Shown here piece after piece: positions 13,085 to 26,076 of a stretch of DNA of 64,000 nucleotides (its first letter is position 1; each line of letters opens with the position of its first letter). Below the pieces are notes generated by a model, which saw only the letters and a list, made by a program, of their open reading frames with translations, was not told where the DNA came from and searched no databases. The stretch spans positions 16,368,001-16,432,000 of the forward strand of contig OX597820.1 of NCBI GenBank assembly GCA_951406725.2, written 5' to 3'. This stretch comes from Octopus vulgaris (taxonomy: Eukaryota). Both the position numbers and the translations under genes were made by a program.

Positions 13085-13499
13085 GGCGGCGAGCTGGCAG
13101 AAACGTTAGCACGCCGGGCGAAATGCTTAGCAGTATTTTATCTGTCTCTATGCTCCGAGTTCAAATTCCGCCAAGGTCGACTTTGCCTTTCATCCTTTCG
13201 GGGTCGATTAAATAAGTACCAGTAACACACTGGGGTCGATATAATCGACTTAATACGTTTGTCTGTCCTTGTTTGAACTCTCTGTGTTTAGTCCCTTGTG
13301 GGTAGTAAAGAAATAAGTATTTCGCCCGTCGCTACGTTCTGAGTTCAAATTCCGCCGAGGTTGACTTTGCCTTTCATCCTTTCGGGGTCGATTAAATAAG
13401 TACCAGTAACACACTGGGGTCGATATAATCGACTTAATCCGTTTGTCTGTCCTTGTTTGAACTCTCTGTGTTTAGCCCCTTGTGGGTAGTAAAGAAATA
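13085..13499 (+). mobile_element. SINE family B dimer (tail type 1)
   Basis: One head followed by two units of about 180 bp, each ending CCTTGTGGGTAGTAAAGAAATA; the central GCCTTTCATCCTTTCGGGGTCG..AAGTACCAG resembles the MetaSINE domain. Confidence 0.92.
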
Positions 13500-13945
13500 G
13501 GTAGAATTTGGCACCTAGGTAGAATTTGAACTCCGAATGCAAAGATCCGGATCAGACACGGCAAGAGATCTAAACTGAAGTTCTCTCAATTCCGTCAAGA
13601 CACAGTCCTGGAATGGTACGTTATGTATCTACCCCGAAATGATGAACGGTGAAGTTGTCCATATGGTGGTGCTGGATCTCCGTCGTTCAACGACGAGGAT
13701 TTCACTTGTTCGATCAACTCCTTTACTTTCTGTATTACATGCTGTACCAATGATTACTGCAAGAGATTGTGGCAGAGCGCCGATTCCACCTGGTTGGTCA
13801 CACTTCTCCATCTAGCCCAGTGGTTCTTTTTATTTGGGGGCTCCTTTAATTCCTTTTTTATTCGAACGTACCCTCCTAGTCATTCTATGTTTTAAAAAAT
13901 CCTGTTATATCTTTATAATTAAATATTATTAGGAACTGTATATAA

Positions 13946-14515
13946 GGCGGCGAACTGGCAGAAACGTTAGCACGCCGGGCGAAATGCTTAGCAGTATTTC
14001 GTCTGCCGCTACGTTCTGAGTTCAAATTCCGCCGAGATCGACTTTGCCTTTCATCCTTTCGGGGTCGATAAAGTAAGTACCAGGTTGCGTACTGAGGTCA
14101 ATCTAATCGACTGGCCCATCCCCCAAAATTTCGGGTCTTTTGCCTAGAGTAGAAAAGATTATTTAAGGCGGCGAGCTGGCAGAATCGTTAGCACGATGGA
14201 CGAAATGCTTAGCAGTATTTCGTCTGCCGTTACGTTATGAGTTCAAATTCCGCCGAGGTCGACTTTACCTTTCATCCCTTTGGGGTCGATAAATTAAGTA
14301 CCAGTTGCGTACTGAGGTCGATCTAATCGACTGATCCCATCCCCAAAATGTTTTGCCTCGAGTAGAAAAGATTATTTAAGGCGGCAGTATTTCCCCCGTC
14401 ACTACGTTCTGAGTTCAGATTCCGTCGAAGGGTCAATAAAGTAAGTACCAGTTGAACACTGGGGTCGATGTAATCGACTCATCCCAAGCTACCCTTGTGG
14501 CAAAAATTTGAAATA
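13946..14515 (+). mobile_element. SINE family B tandem copies (tail type 2)
   Basis: Same head and body but ending ..CCCCAAAAT..GCCTAGAGTAGAAAAGATTATT; two to three head-to-tail copies. Confidence 0.88.
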
Positions 14516-14589
14516 ATAATTAGGAATTGCATTTTAAAATAATTGTTAAAATGTTTTAGGAGTGGCTGTGTGGTAAGTAGCTTGCTTAC

Positions 14590-16647
14590 TTCCGGTTAAT
14601 CAGAATGCAACACTAGTTGGTCTGGACTGTTATAGTGAGATGTGAGTTTCGGCTCCGTGAATAGAAAAAAAGAACAAAAAGAAAAATTGTCAATTATGGC
14701 TCGCTATAGCGAGCAAAATACTGGGTTCCCATCACCGTAACGGTGAATTGAGAATTTTTGCTTGAAAATTTTTTTGTAAATTCTAGTGGGCGTATCTCGC
14801 CAGAAAAATAAGAATAAGCCATTTGGATTACCTTTTTGGAGTATTATACAAAGGATTCTCTGTCTGTTCTATTTGTGAGGTTTTTCTTTTCCTTTTCCCT
14901 TCTTCTATTTTTTCTTTCTTTTTAAATTTTGGTTCATTCTTTTCATTACTTTAATTTCAGTTTCCTCCCTCCTCTTTTATTTTGTTTTATTTTTATTCGG
15001 TTTAATTTTTTGGCAGACTGTCTTTTGAACTACTTTTGAACTGTTTTTTGACATGGCAGAGAAGGAACTTAAAAAGAAAAACCCTGTCTTAGAGTGGGAA
15101 ATTAACCCGCCTAAGCAGTGGTTAAAAGATATGGAGGAGAAGACGATGGTACTTAGAACTTATTCTAAAGTTCTTAATTCCATCACCGTCTTCCCAAAAC
15201 AAGTCATAAAAAAATGAACTTAAAGAACATTTGTCCTCTGTAAAATATATATCCCGTGGTGTCAAACATGCAACCGTATGGTTGCTGTTTGACAACGGGG
15301 AAAAGGCTCGCCAGTTTGCGAGTCAGCGTTTAGAAGGCAAGGAAATCCTGTTCCTTCCGTCATATTGTGGAAGAAAATTAATACAAGCCTGGGTATGTGG
15401 GTTACCCCCAGGCACCGAAACGGATTGGATTGAAGATACCATCCGACGGGGACTGGGGGATGGCGGGCCAAGGCTCTTAAATGTAAGGGTATTGCCGGCG
15501 GTCGATTGGGAAGGGTCAAAAGCGATTTTGACCCTGTGGTCCCCATCGGCCGCAACAGATCTGGTTTTTCCAGATTTCTTGAAAATGGCTGGCTGCAGGT
15601 ATCCGGTGATACTTGAGGGACGTCCCCCCAAGTGTCACTCGTGCCTCGAAGCCAGGCTACATTAAAAGGAACTGCCCCCAGGACCATGGTAAGGTCCTGG
15701 AACAGTCACTAGATGCCACCTCCCCTACCCGGTCAAAGGGAGAGGTGGATGTGGTCGAGGAGGCTTCAGCCTCCTCAACTCAAAAAGGATTAAAAAAGAA
15801 GAAGGCGGGCAACAATAGTTGCCCGCCGAAGGAACCTAAGGCTTCGGGAGGCGGGGGAGAGTCTTCGGACAAAACGGAAGAGCTCCACTCTCCCGAAGTC
15901 AGGAAGAAAAGAATAAAAAGAAGGAAGAAGAACGGGTCATCTCAGCGGGGAGATGATGTGCCGTCTGCATGTTCCGAAGTTGTGCCACCCACGGTGGAAG
16001 AAACCACTCCCACCCTTAAAGATGATCAATTAATTATCTTTTTCTATAAGGGCGGGGAGGTGGAAAAATAGTAGAAGAACATAAAGAGACAGTAGATATG
16101 CCCTTCGCACGGGATCCCGAATGGCCTCCGCAAATAGCTGTGGAGGTCATAAGGTTTCCCTTGTGGGAAAGGCTTAAAGGATTTGGGGAGGAGTGTCGCA
16201 TATGGCCGGGTGGCCCTTACACGACTTACATGTCCTACATGAGTGAGGCATGGGAAATGGCGGAATACAGGAACTCAAGCGGCATTGAAGATAATGATGA
16301 ATATATCGATGGATATATATCGAAGAGTAGGAGGTGAAAGACCCTCGTTATAGGGTTTGAAATCTCATCTTATTGTATTATTTGTAGTGGTTTATAACCT
16401 CAATTGTGTGTTTAAAAAAAAACATGTTAAGTAAGAGGTTTTAGTGCCTCCTTCTTGTAAGAGGTTTGAAACCTCATATTGATTTTTAAAAAAAGAAAAT
16501 ATGTTTTCGAGAAAAATCCAATCGGCGGGTGTTGGGTTTCGTCTCTCATTTATTCATTCTACTTCATTTTCATTCATTAATGTGTTTGTCCAGCCCGCAA
16601 AGCTACACACTCTTTGTACTGTCTATGATGACAAATTTTATGAAATA
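14590..16647 (+). mobile_element. ORF1-only (HAL1-like) non-autonomous Tx1/L1-type retroelement inserted into a SINE-A head
   Basis: 15-bp TSD AAGTAGCTTGCTTAC at 14575-14589 and 16648-16662 splits a SINE-A (head 14558-14589, remainder 16648-16980). It has a T-rich 5' UTR, one gag-like ORF and a 3' UTR ending ATGAAATA; I see no RT or EN sequence. Confidence 0.8.
15053..16337 (+). pseudogene. Frameshifted LINE ORF1 (gag-like, zinc knuckle)
   Basis: ATG 15053 MAEKELKKKNPVLEWEINPP.., frameshift in the A-run near 15210, then ..YPVILEGRPPKCHSCLE/KPGYIKRNCP (CX2CX4H(Y)X4C knuckle across a frameshift) and a Lys/Ser/Glu-rich tail. Confidence 0.75.
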
Positions 16648-16984
16648 AAGTAGCTTGCTTACCAACCACATGGTTCCGGGTTCAGTCCCACTGCGTGGTA
16701 CCTTGGGCAAGTGTTTTCTACTATAGCCTCGGGCCGACCAAAGCCTTGTGAGTGGATTTAGCAGACGGAAACTGAAAGAAGCCCGTCGTATATATGTATA
16801 ATATATATGTATGTGTGTGTGTATGTTTGTGTGTCTGTGTTTGTCCCCCAACATCGCTTGACAACCGATGGTGGTGTGTTTACGTCCCCGTAACTTAGCG
16901 GTTCAGCAAAAGACACCGATAGAATAAGTACTAGGCTTACAAAGAATAAGTCCTGACTGAAACAACTAAGAAATAAAAGATACA

Positions 16985-17310
16985 TACAGTTCTATATTTA
17001 AGCGATGAGGAATTGGGTACATTATTTACATTATTTACATTTGACGGATATTTGTCCTCATCCGTCAAATGTACATAATTGTGTACAAATGTACATAATT
17101 CCTCATCTCTTAAATTTAGAACTGTATTATCTAATTGGTGAGGAGCCGACATTAGACTTCAACGGAGACATATAGAGAAGAAACTCCATCAAAAACTTGC
17201 TCGTCTTTCAAATTATCTAACTTTTCTGTGTAGATGTAGAGACTCAAAGCTAATACCACTTGGCTTAAAAAACAAGATGAGGACAAATATCCGTCAAATA
17301 TCCGTCAGGC
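16985..17310 (+). mobile_element. Penelope-like element remnant: inverted pLTR tail, N-terminal ORF fragment, pLTR tail
   Basis: Inverted repeat TACAGTTCTA..GATGAGGAATT / AATTCCTCATC..TAGAACTGTA (16985-17126). 17181-17270 translates KLHQKLARLSNYLTFLCRCRDSKLIPLGLK, matching the PLE N-terminal NHLxFLxRCxxxxLIPKGL motif. Confidence 0.7.
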
Positions 17311-17812
17311 CATCTTCTTGTAAAAACATATAAATAAATGTTAGGGGGGTAGAATAACTTGACAGCATCAAATCGTTTACCCCTCACCCCCGTATGTACC
17401 TGTAGTTGTTGAAACATCCATCATACCCTAGAAAATGAGGGCTAACTGACGCCGCCATCTGGTGTACTCTACCACGTGGAGTATTCAAAGAGAAGAGCTG
17501 CGATCGCTGAAGTATCAAACCATAGGAAATACCAACTAATCGACACTGACATCACGTCTACTCCGCTACATGGGGTCTCCGAATAAACTAACTGTTGTCG
17601 CTGTGATAGCAAAAGCAACTACATGACTTAAACAAACCAATGAAAGCTTAAATACCCTCACCTAGGAGACATTTGAAATTTCCAATAAAATTTCTTCACG
17701 GTTACTCCGAATATCTGCTGAGGTGGACTTGTCCTACACTCACAAAATTATAATTAATTCGAACTGAGCCAAACTGTTATGAAATACAACGTATGCCAAC
17801 CAAATGTTCTGA

Positions 17813-17896
<84 letters not shown>

Positions 17897-17999
17897 TGCC
17901 TTCCCAATCTCTCTCCATATGCATACACACACACACACGCATACATGTATACATAATATATGCTGAGTGTTCTTACATATATACAAACATAATCACACA

Positions 18000-18171
18000 T
18001 GTACACACACACACACACACATGCACACACACACATACACACACATACAGACACACATAAGCACTTTAGCCAGAACATACACACACACATACACACGCAC
18101 GCACACACAATACACACACACACACACACACACATAAGCACTTTAGCCAGAACATACACACACACACACAC

Positions 18172-18207
<36 letters not shown>

Positions 18208-18632
18208 ACACATACACACACACATAAGCACTTTAGCCAGAACATACACACACACACACACACACACACATACACAAACACATACACACGCACACACACA
18301 CACACACAGACACATACACATACAGACACATACACATACAGACACACATAAGCACTTTAGCCAGAACATACACACACACACACACATACACACGCACGCA
18401 CACACAATACACACACAATACACACACATACAGACACGCATAAGCACTTTGGCCAGAACATACACACACACATACACACGCACGCACACACACATACACA
18501 CACACATAAGCACTTTAGCCAGAACATACACACACACACACATACACACACACATACACAAACACATACATACGCACGCACACACACAGACACATACACA
18601 TACAGATGCGCATAAGCACCTTAGCCAGAACG
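18000..18632 (+). repeat. Minisatellite: constant ATAAGCACTTTAGCCAGAAC anchor, seven copies, separated by variable (CA)n
   Basis: Anchors near 18057, 18134, 18224, 18348, 18440, 18506 and 18612. Confidence 0.92.
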
Positions 18633-18887
18633 GTTTTAGAGATATGGACATAGACAGTTGCCGGGAAACATGAGTTGCTTTCAACCTTCCTTCAAGTGTT
18701 GTCACTTAATGCTGTGAACCAGTATTGGTGCCAAGAACTAAATCTGGAATCCACTTGATTCTTTGATAGATTAATTCCTAACTGATTTACCTTATCATGT
18801 AGTTTCATCGTGCACTTTTGTGTGCATGTGTGTATGTATGTGCGAATGTATGTTTATGTATGTGTGTGATTTTTATATGTGTGTGAT

Positions 18888-19974
<1,087 letters not shown>

Positions 19975-20044
19975 CAAGGCGACATTTATATACGCACACA
20001 TATATGTGTATGTGTGTGAATATGGCTTTGGATTCACATACATA

Positions 20045-20905
20045 CGAGGTGTGATCAATATGTATCTGGACTGTTGCCATAGTAACGAAGATAAAGCACG
20101 CAGAGTGAAGCCGCTTGGTAAAAATTGACCTTGAACTCTCCTGTGCATGCGCACCAAGTTTTAACATTCTAGCTCACTTCCGCTGTTTACAGTAGTGTTT
20201 GGAAGGAAGGCGTGTAGCGTGTGATCGTTGCATTGACCATGACAGAGAAAATTGTCATGGTGTTACCTGCTCAGAGACCTACGCAAAGTTGCAGAAAGTG
20301 TATGGAGAGGAGTGTATGAACCACACACAAGTGTACGAGTAGTTCAGACATTTCCAAGATTGCTGAAAATATGTCTATATTGATGAACGTTCTGGGAGAC
20401 CCGCAACCAGCAGACTTTAGGAAAACAGCACAGATGTACGTGCAGCTGTGTGGGGAAATCCTTGAATCACCATCCGTGAGTTATCAGAGGATGTGCAGAT
20501 TAGTCACGGTTCAGTTCAGTCATTATCACTGAAGATTTGGTTATGAGACGTGTGTCTGCCAAGTTTGTGCCAAAACTGATTTCAGCTGACCAAAGAGACA
20601 CTTGTGTAGAGAACGATGAAAACCTTTTGAAAACCTTGCGTAGGCCTCTGAGCTTGGTATCGCCAAGCTTTTAGCAAAATTTGATGCAGATTCTCTGCTC
20701 AACTTTCTCTGTCATGGTCAATGCGACGATCACACGCTACACACCTTCCTTCCAAGCATTGTTGTAAACAGAGAAAGTGAGCTAGGGCGTTAAAACTTAC
20801 TGTGTATACACAGTAGAGTTCAAGATCAATCTGTACCAAGTGGCTTTAATCTGCGTGCTTTAACTTCGTTGTTATAGCAACAGTCCGGATACTTATTGAT
20901 CAGAC
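20045..20905 (+). mobile_element. Mariner-derived foldback element built from two 5' ends
   Basis: Inverted arms of about 210 bp with TA at the left end. Internal decayed transposase ETYAKLQKVYGEECM..DERSGRP..MRRVSAKFVPKL; the right arm read on minus gives MTEKVEQRICIKFC*KLG. Confidence 0.85.
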
Positions 20906-21326
20906 ATATCTATGTAATAGCTTAGTGTAGTCTCAGGCAATATGGCTAGAGTAGAGTAAGACAAGAGAGCAATGCCGTTTGTAGGATGGTAAAGGAGAAG
21001 AGTGAAATAAAATAAGATAAAATAAAATAAAATGTAACCAGATAGAATTAAGTGTTGTGGGGTTTAAATTTCGTGATAGATTTAGGGAGATAAAAGTTTT
21101 CAAGGTTCATGGACGTAAGAGATTAAGGATATATAAATGAAGAATGAGGAAATATCTCAACAAGGCCACATCACTCAGCGCCGTGTTCCAGCACCACCAA
21201 GACCGTGGTTGGGATTTCTCCGCCCGTATACTGGCGAGGGGGGCGGATCACAGGGGGACACTTCATTAAGAAGGCAGTCTTAGTTGCCGTAATGACCTTG
21301 GTGGGTGGAAATAGATCTACTGCCTC

Positions 21327-21728
21327 AGCTGGCAGAATCGTTAGCACGCCGAGTGAAATGCTTAGCGGTCTGCCGTTACGTTCCGATTTCAAATTCCGCC
21401 GAGGTCGACTTTGCCTTTCATCCTTTCGGGGTCGATTAAATAAGTACCAGTTACGCACTGGGGTCGATATAATCGACTTAATCCGTTTGTCTGTCCTTGT
21501 TTGCCCTCTCTGTGTTTAGCCCCTTGTGGGTAGTAAAGAAATAGGTATTTCGTCTGCCGCTACGTTCTGAGTTCAAATTCCGCCGATGTCGACTTTGCCT
21601 TTCATCCTTTCTGGATCGATAAATTAAGTACCAGTTACGCACTGGGGTCGATGTAATCGACTTAATCCGTTTGTCTGTCCTTGTTTGTCCCCTCTATGTT
21701 TAACTCCTCGTGGGTAGTAAAGAAATAA
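21327..21728 (+). mobile_element. SINE family B dimer
   Basis: Head plus two tail-type-1 units joined at AAAGAAATA|GGTATTTCG. Confidence 0.9.
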
Positions 21729-21870
21729 GAATCTTTAACTGGCACCAGCAATAAGAACAAAAAATAAAGAACGTTTGTCGAAGAATCATTGATTCGAAAG
21801 CACTTGCGACATAAAATTTAACACCAGGCAACAAAGCTCTCAACAGATCACCCGTCACATGTAGGTTAAA

Positions 21871-21901
<31 letters not shown>

Positions 21902-22310
21902 CATCAATCTATCTATCCATTTATCTATCTGCGTATCTATTTACCTTTGTATCTATCAACCTACCATTCTCTCTGTCTACTTATTTATCTACCTATCGAC
22001 ACTTATGTCCACTTCCATAGCCATAAATCTTTTGAATATCTTTAATCTTTTAGATCCTTGAACTTTTAAAGCTTTTATATTCCTAAATCTATCGCGAAAA
22101 TTAAACCTCTACATACTTCATTTTATCTTATATATATATTTATTTTAATTTAATTTGTTTCACCTCCTCCTTCTATACTTTCCAAACCTCTCCTACTAAC
22201 ACCGATATCCTGTTATTTGTTATCTTACTATGCATACATACGTATACACATACATACATGCGTAGCCGCTAAGCCTTTTCTATTTTCTCTCCCTGTTTAT
22301 TTCTGTGTTC

Positions 22311-22346
22311 CTTTCTGCTGAAGAGCGTAGGCTCGAAACGTAAAAG
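22311..22346 (+). ncRNA. Minimal hammerhead-like motif with variant core in a Penelope-type pLTR fragment (about 22263-22437)
   Basis: CUUU-CUGCUGA-A-GAGC-guag-GCUC-GAAA-CG-UA-AAAG; stems I and II pair fully, A6 is C. Confidence 0.65.
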
Positions 22347-22436
22347 ACTTTCTCACTTCCCGAGCGTTATACTAATACATCTGTTTGTTGTTTACACACC
22401 CGTCTTCGTCTTTTGTCTTTTTTGTAAATTCTCACT

Positions 22437-22529
<93 letters not shown>

Positions 22530-22851
22530 TATATGTATTATATATATAGACATATATATATATATATATTATATATATATGTTATATATACACATACATT
22601 TTTTATATGTATACATGTATGTTTATCTATCTACCTACCTATCAATCTATCTGTCCGTCTGTCCGTCTGTCCGTCTGTCTGCTTGCCTGTCTATCTGTCT
22701 GTCTGTCTATCTATCTATCTATGTATCAGTCTATCCACGTAAGTATGTAGCTATCTCTCTCTCTTGCTCTCTCTTACTCTTTCTCTCTCGCCTCTCTTTC
22801 TCATTCTCTCTCTCTCTCATACTCTCTCTATTTCTCTCTCTCTCTTTTGAG

Positions 22852-22890
<39 letters not shown>

Positions 22891-22891
<1 letters not shown>

Positions 22892-24118
22892 CGGATGTAA
22901 CAGTAAAATTGTCACGCGCACAAATTCTTAAAATTTCTTAAAATCAATAAATGAATCGATTTGCAATTTTCCATTTTTCCAGACAAGGCATCTGGCCATA
23001 CTGACAATCAGTTTTTGTAAGGATTAGTAAAATATCCTTTGGAATATTTAGTTAGAAAGAGAAGAAGCTGAAGTCGTTTTGTGCCAGCCTCACCATGTCT
23101 TCCCAAATGAGCAATGTTGAAAGGGCTAAAATAGTCCAGGCCTTCAGTAATGATACCTACATTCATTCTCTGGCTTCCATCTTGAAAGTCCATTGAAAAA
23201 CCATCAAGAGAATTGTGAATAAGTTTGAGAAAGAGGGACTAGTAGAGAGGAAAACTGGACCAGGAGGTCATGACTGCAAGAGAGATCATCATTTTAATCT
23301 GGAGCTGAGGAGATCAATCAGAAAAGACCCAACTCAATCTATAAGGCGTTTGGTTCATAAGAGGAGTTTCAGCTGTGAAATTTCCAAGAGCGGTGACAGA
23401 GGATTTGAAAATGAAATCGTGTTGAAACCTGTGTGGTACCTTGTTATTCCAGGACAAAACGTTAGAAGGCTGGAGAGTGAATATCATCTTGAACATAGTG
23501 AAACATAATCCTGGAGTTATCTTTTATACAAATGAGAAGAATTTCACTCAACACAAACAAACACAACAGCCTCGTTCTGGCTTCACCTCCTCACGAGAGA
23601 GCCAAAATGTAATTTTCAGGTGCAAAAACCCTGCTCTGCTGGTGATTTTTGCCTGTGTGGCCTGTAATGGCAAGAAGATGCCATTGCTCATCTTTGAGAA
23701 GACTGACAGGAATTTGTTATGTTCAGGTTTTGAAAGATGTAAAGACCTGGATTCTTTCTGAATATTCTGAGACAAGAGACGAGGGAAACCTCAACATGAT
23801 CGCTAAGGACTTCAAGATTACATTCCAGCAAGATGGGGCTCCTTGTCACGCAAGTGCAGTGAATCAAATATTTCTCATGAACGAGTTTGGGAACAGGTTT
23901 GGGGATACTGACACTTGGCCTCTTCATTACATGATTTGAACCCTTTAGACTTCAGCGTCTGGAATGAACTTGTCAGAAAACCTTGTGAGAAACTCCACAG
24001 TAACATGCAAGCCCTCAAAAACTCTATCTGTAGGAGGTAGGAAGAAGACATTGATGAGGAATTCATTATGAAAGCTCGCGGTGTAGTCAGGAAGAGGATT
24101 AAGGAAGTCATTGCACTT
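22891..24118 (+). mobile_element. Decayed DD37D (maT)-like Tc1/mariner transposon
   Basis: Motifs across frameshifts: FYTNEKNFT, KNPALLVIFACVACNGKKMPLLIF, TFQQDGAPCHAS, WP..DLNPLDFSVW; about 38 residues between the last two Asp after frameshift repair. The 3' end is replaced by a pLTR. Confidence 0.8.
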
Positions 24119-24152
24119 TCTGTGCCTACTTCGCATCGACAACTGTAATTGT

Positions 24153-24197
24153 CACACGCTGATGACGGGTCAATACCCAGAAACTCGAGTCCGTGTG
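24153..24197 (+). ncRNA. Type I hammerhead ribozyme in a Penelope-type pLTR (about 24118-24362)
   Basis: CACACG-CUGAUGA-C-GGGU-caau-ACCC-A-GAAA-CUCGAG-UC-CGUGUG: 6-bp stem I, canonical core, palindromic stem III ACUCGAGU, GUC cleavage triplet at 24189-24191. Confidence 0.8.
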
Positions 24198-24359
24198 TTT
24201 CATAGGTTGAAGACGGGAAGGATGGCTTCCCTTTGCAAATACTGATAGGGCACATATAGTGTGTCAATAGCCAGCTGGAGATGTCCTCCTGGGGCTACAA
24301 GCTACAGTAGCATCCACCCTTAGGGGATAGCCACATTTAAGTGGAAAATATAGTTCACG

Positions 24360-24391
<32 letters not shown>

Positions 24392-24396
24392 GGGGG

Positions 24397-24612
24397 AGTA
24401 AGCCCTCGACTATCGCGAGTGTTACGTTCCACCCCGCGATAGGTGAAAATCAGCGAAGTAGAAACAGTGCTGTACTGTATATTAATTATTATTGTTTTAT
24501 ACTTTGTATATATTTATTTTATTATAAATGCAAAACAACACCGCGGAGGAATCAACATAAGCTTAAATAATAAACCGTGATAGGTGAACCGCGATATGGC
24601 TAGGGTTTACTG
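24397..24612. mobile_element. Tigger/pogo-like MITE
   Basis: Imperfect TIRs AGTAAGCCCTCGACTATCGCG and CGCGATATGGCTAGGGTTTACTG, followed by TA. Confidence 0.65.
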
Positions 24613-25339
24613 TATATATAAGTTGTAGAAGTACAAACTGGGTTCAGTTCATTGGGCAAGTGTCTTCTCCTATAGCCTCCGTCCGACCAAAGCCTTGTGA
24701 GTGGATTCGGTAGACGGAAACTGAAAGAAGCCCGTCGTGTATATGTGTGTGTGTGTGTGTGTGTGTATGCGTATTTGTGTGTGTCTGTGTGTGTGTGTGT
24801 CTGTATTACGTATGTATGTATGTATGTATGTATGTGTGTGTATGTATGTATCTGATTCTCTCGGTCTCGCTTGCATTTAAACCGACAATGACCCTATAGC
24901 TGTCATAGCCTCTGGTATTTCTGATGGATTAGAATAACCATTGCTTTAAATTAATTTAATTTAAATTAGTTTTCATTAATCATGTCTCATAATTGCTCAG
25001 CAATTAAATTAATTATGCCTAATCCTGATGAAATACCTGTTGAAGTTAGTTAAATTATGATCTACCTGTGAAATTTATGCTTTTCTAAATTATATGCGGG
25101 AATTCCGGAATCACCTCACAGCGTAACGACTGTCCCCTATATAATAACGGATCGCCCTTTGGCAGGGCATAGCACCATTTCAGCCACCCTTTCAGGGATT
25201 CGGCAAAGTCACAGGACTACAGCATGGCGGATCGTGAAGAGACAACTGTAGAGCTCAACTGAGCCAATGGCGCTTCTTTAATTGATGTTGAGCGGAGAAA
25301 TCCTGGAAGATCAACGGTGTGGATCACCAGGCTTTATCG

Positions 25340-25510
25340 AAAAGAGTAAGTGCATTGCATCCTTAGAGACGGCGTCAATGTTTGCGTAATCAGCTAATGA
25401 AAGATTCATTGTGACTCAAGCTCTGAATTCAAACATGAATAATACAATTGGGAGGAGACAGAGAGTTTCGTGAATCCGTGCAAACAGCGCGACCGGATGA
25501 TGATGATACT
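25340..25510 (+). mobile_element. Possible decayed RTE-type LINE 3' end
   Basis: Ends ..RQRVS*IRANSATG followed by (TGA)n, like RTE/RTEX C-termini and tails; heavily degraded. Confidence 0.35.
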
Positions 25511-25982
25511 AAATATGTGTTACTCATAAGGGTCGATTTAGCCGATTATGTGTAAACAGGCAAGTTTTGGCATTGAATTAATTGCCAAGCTATAGCAACC
25601 TATTATTAACTAGGTTCTTAATTATTGTGGGTTGCATATTTATTATACACACACATACATAACACATATGTATATATATATATTTATATATATACATATG
25701 TGTGTGTGTGTATTGTCTTAATGCATCTTCTTAATAAGACTTGAAAGGCATCATTAATAAAAGCGAATTAAAAGAAAGATAATCATTCACGAAGCCTTGT
25801 TGGAAGTATTTATTAGATTAATCTATCAGAACTTTCTTTCTCTCTTTCGCACATGAACCGGCTTTCAGATGTGTAAAGAGGGAATAAAACAATAGCAGGC
25901 AGACGCTTTCATGGTTGTGTGGCTAAGAAGCTCGCTTGACAACCATGTGCTTTCGGGTTCCGTCCTACTACTACATCAGGGC

Positions 25983-26048
<66 letters not shown>

Positions 26049-26076
26049 TACTATTATTATTATTATTATTATTATT

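Noticed and set aside
18000-18632. CRISPR-like constant repeat with variable spacers
   Set aside because: The spacers are only (CA)n variants, the context is eukaryotic and there are no cas genes; it is a minisatellite.
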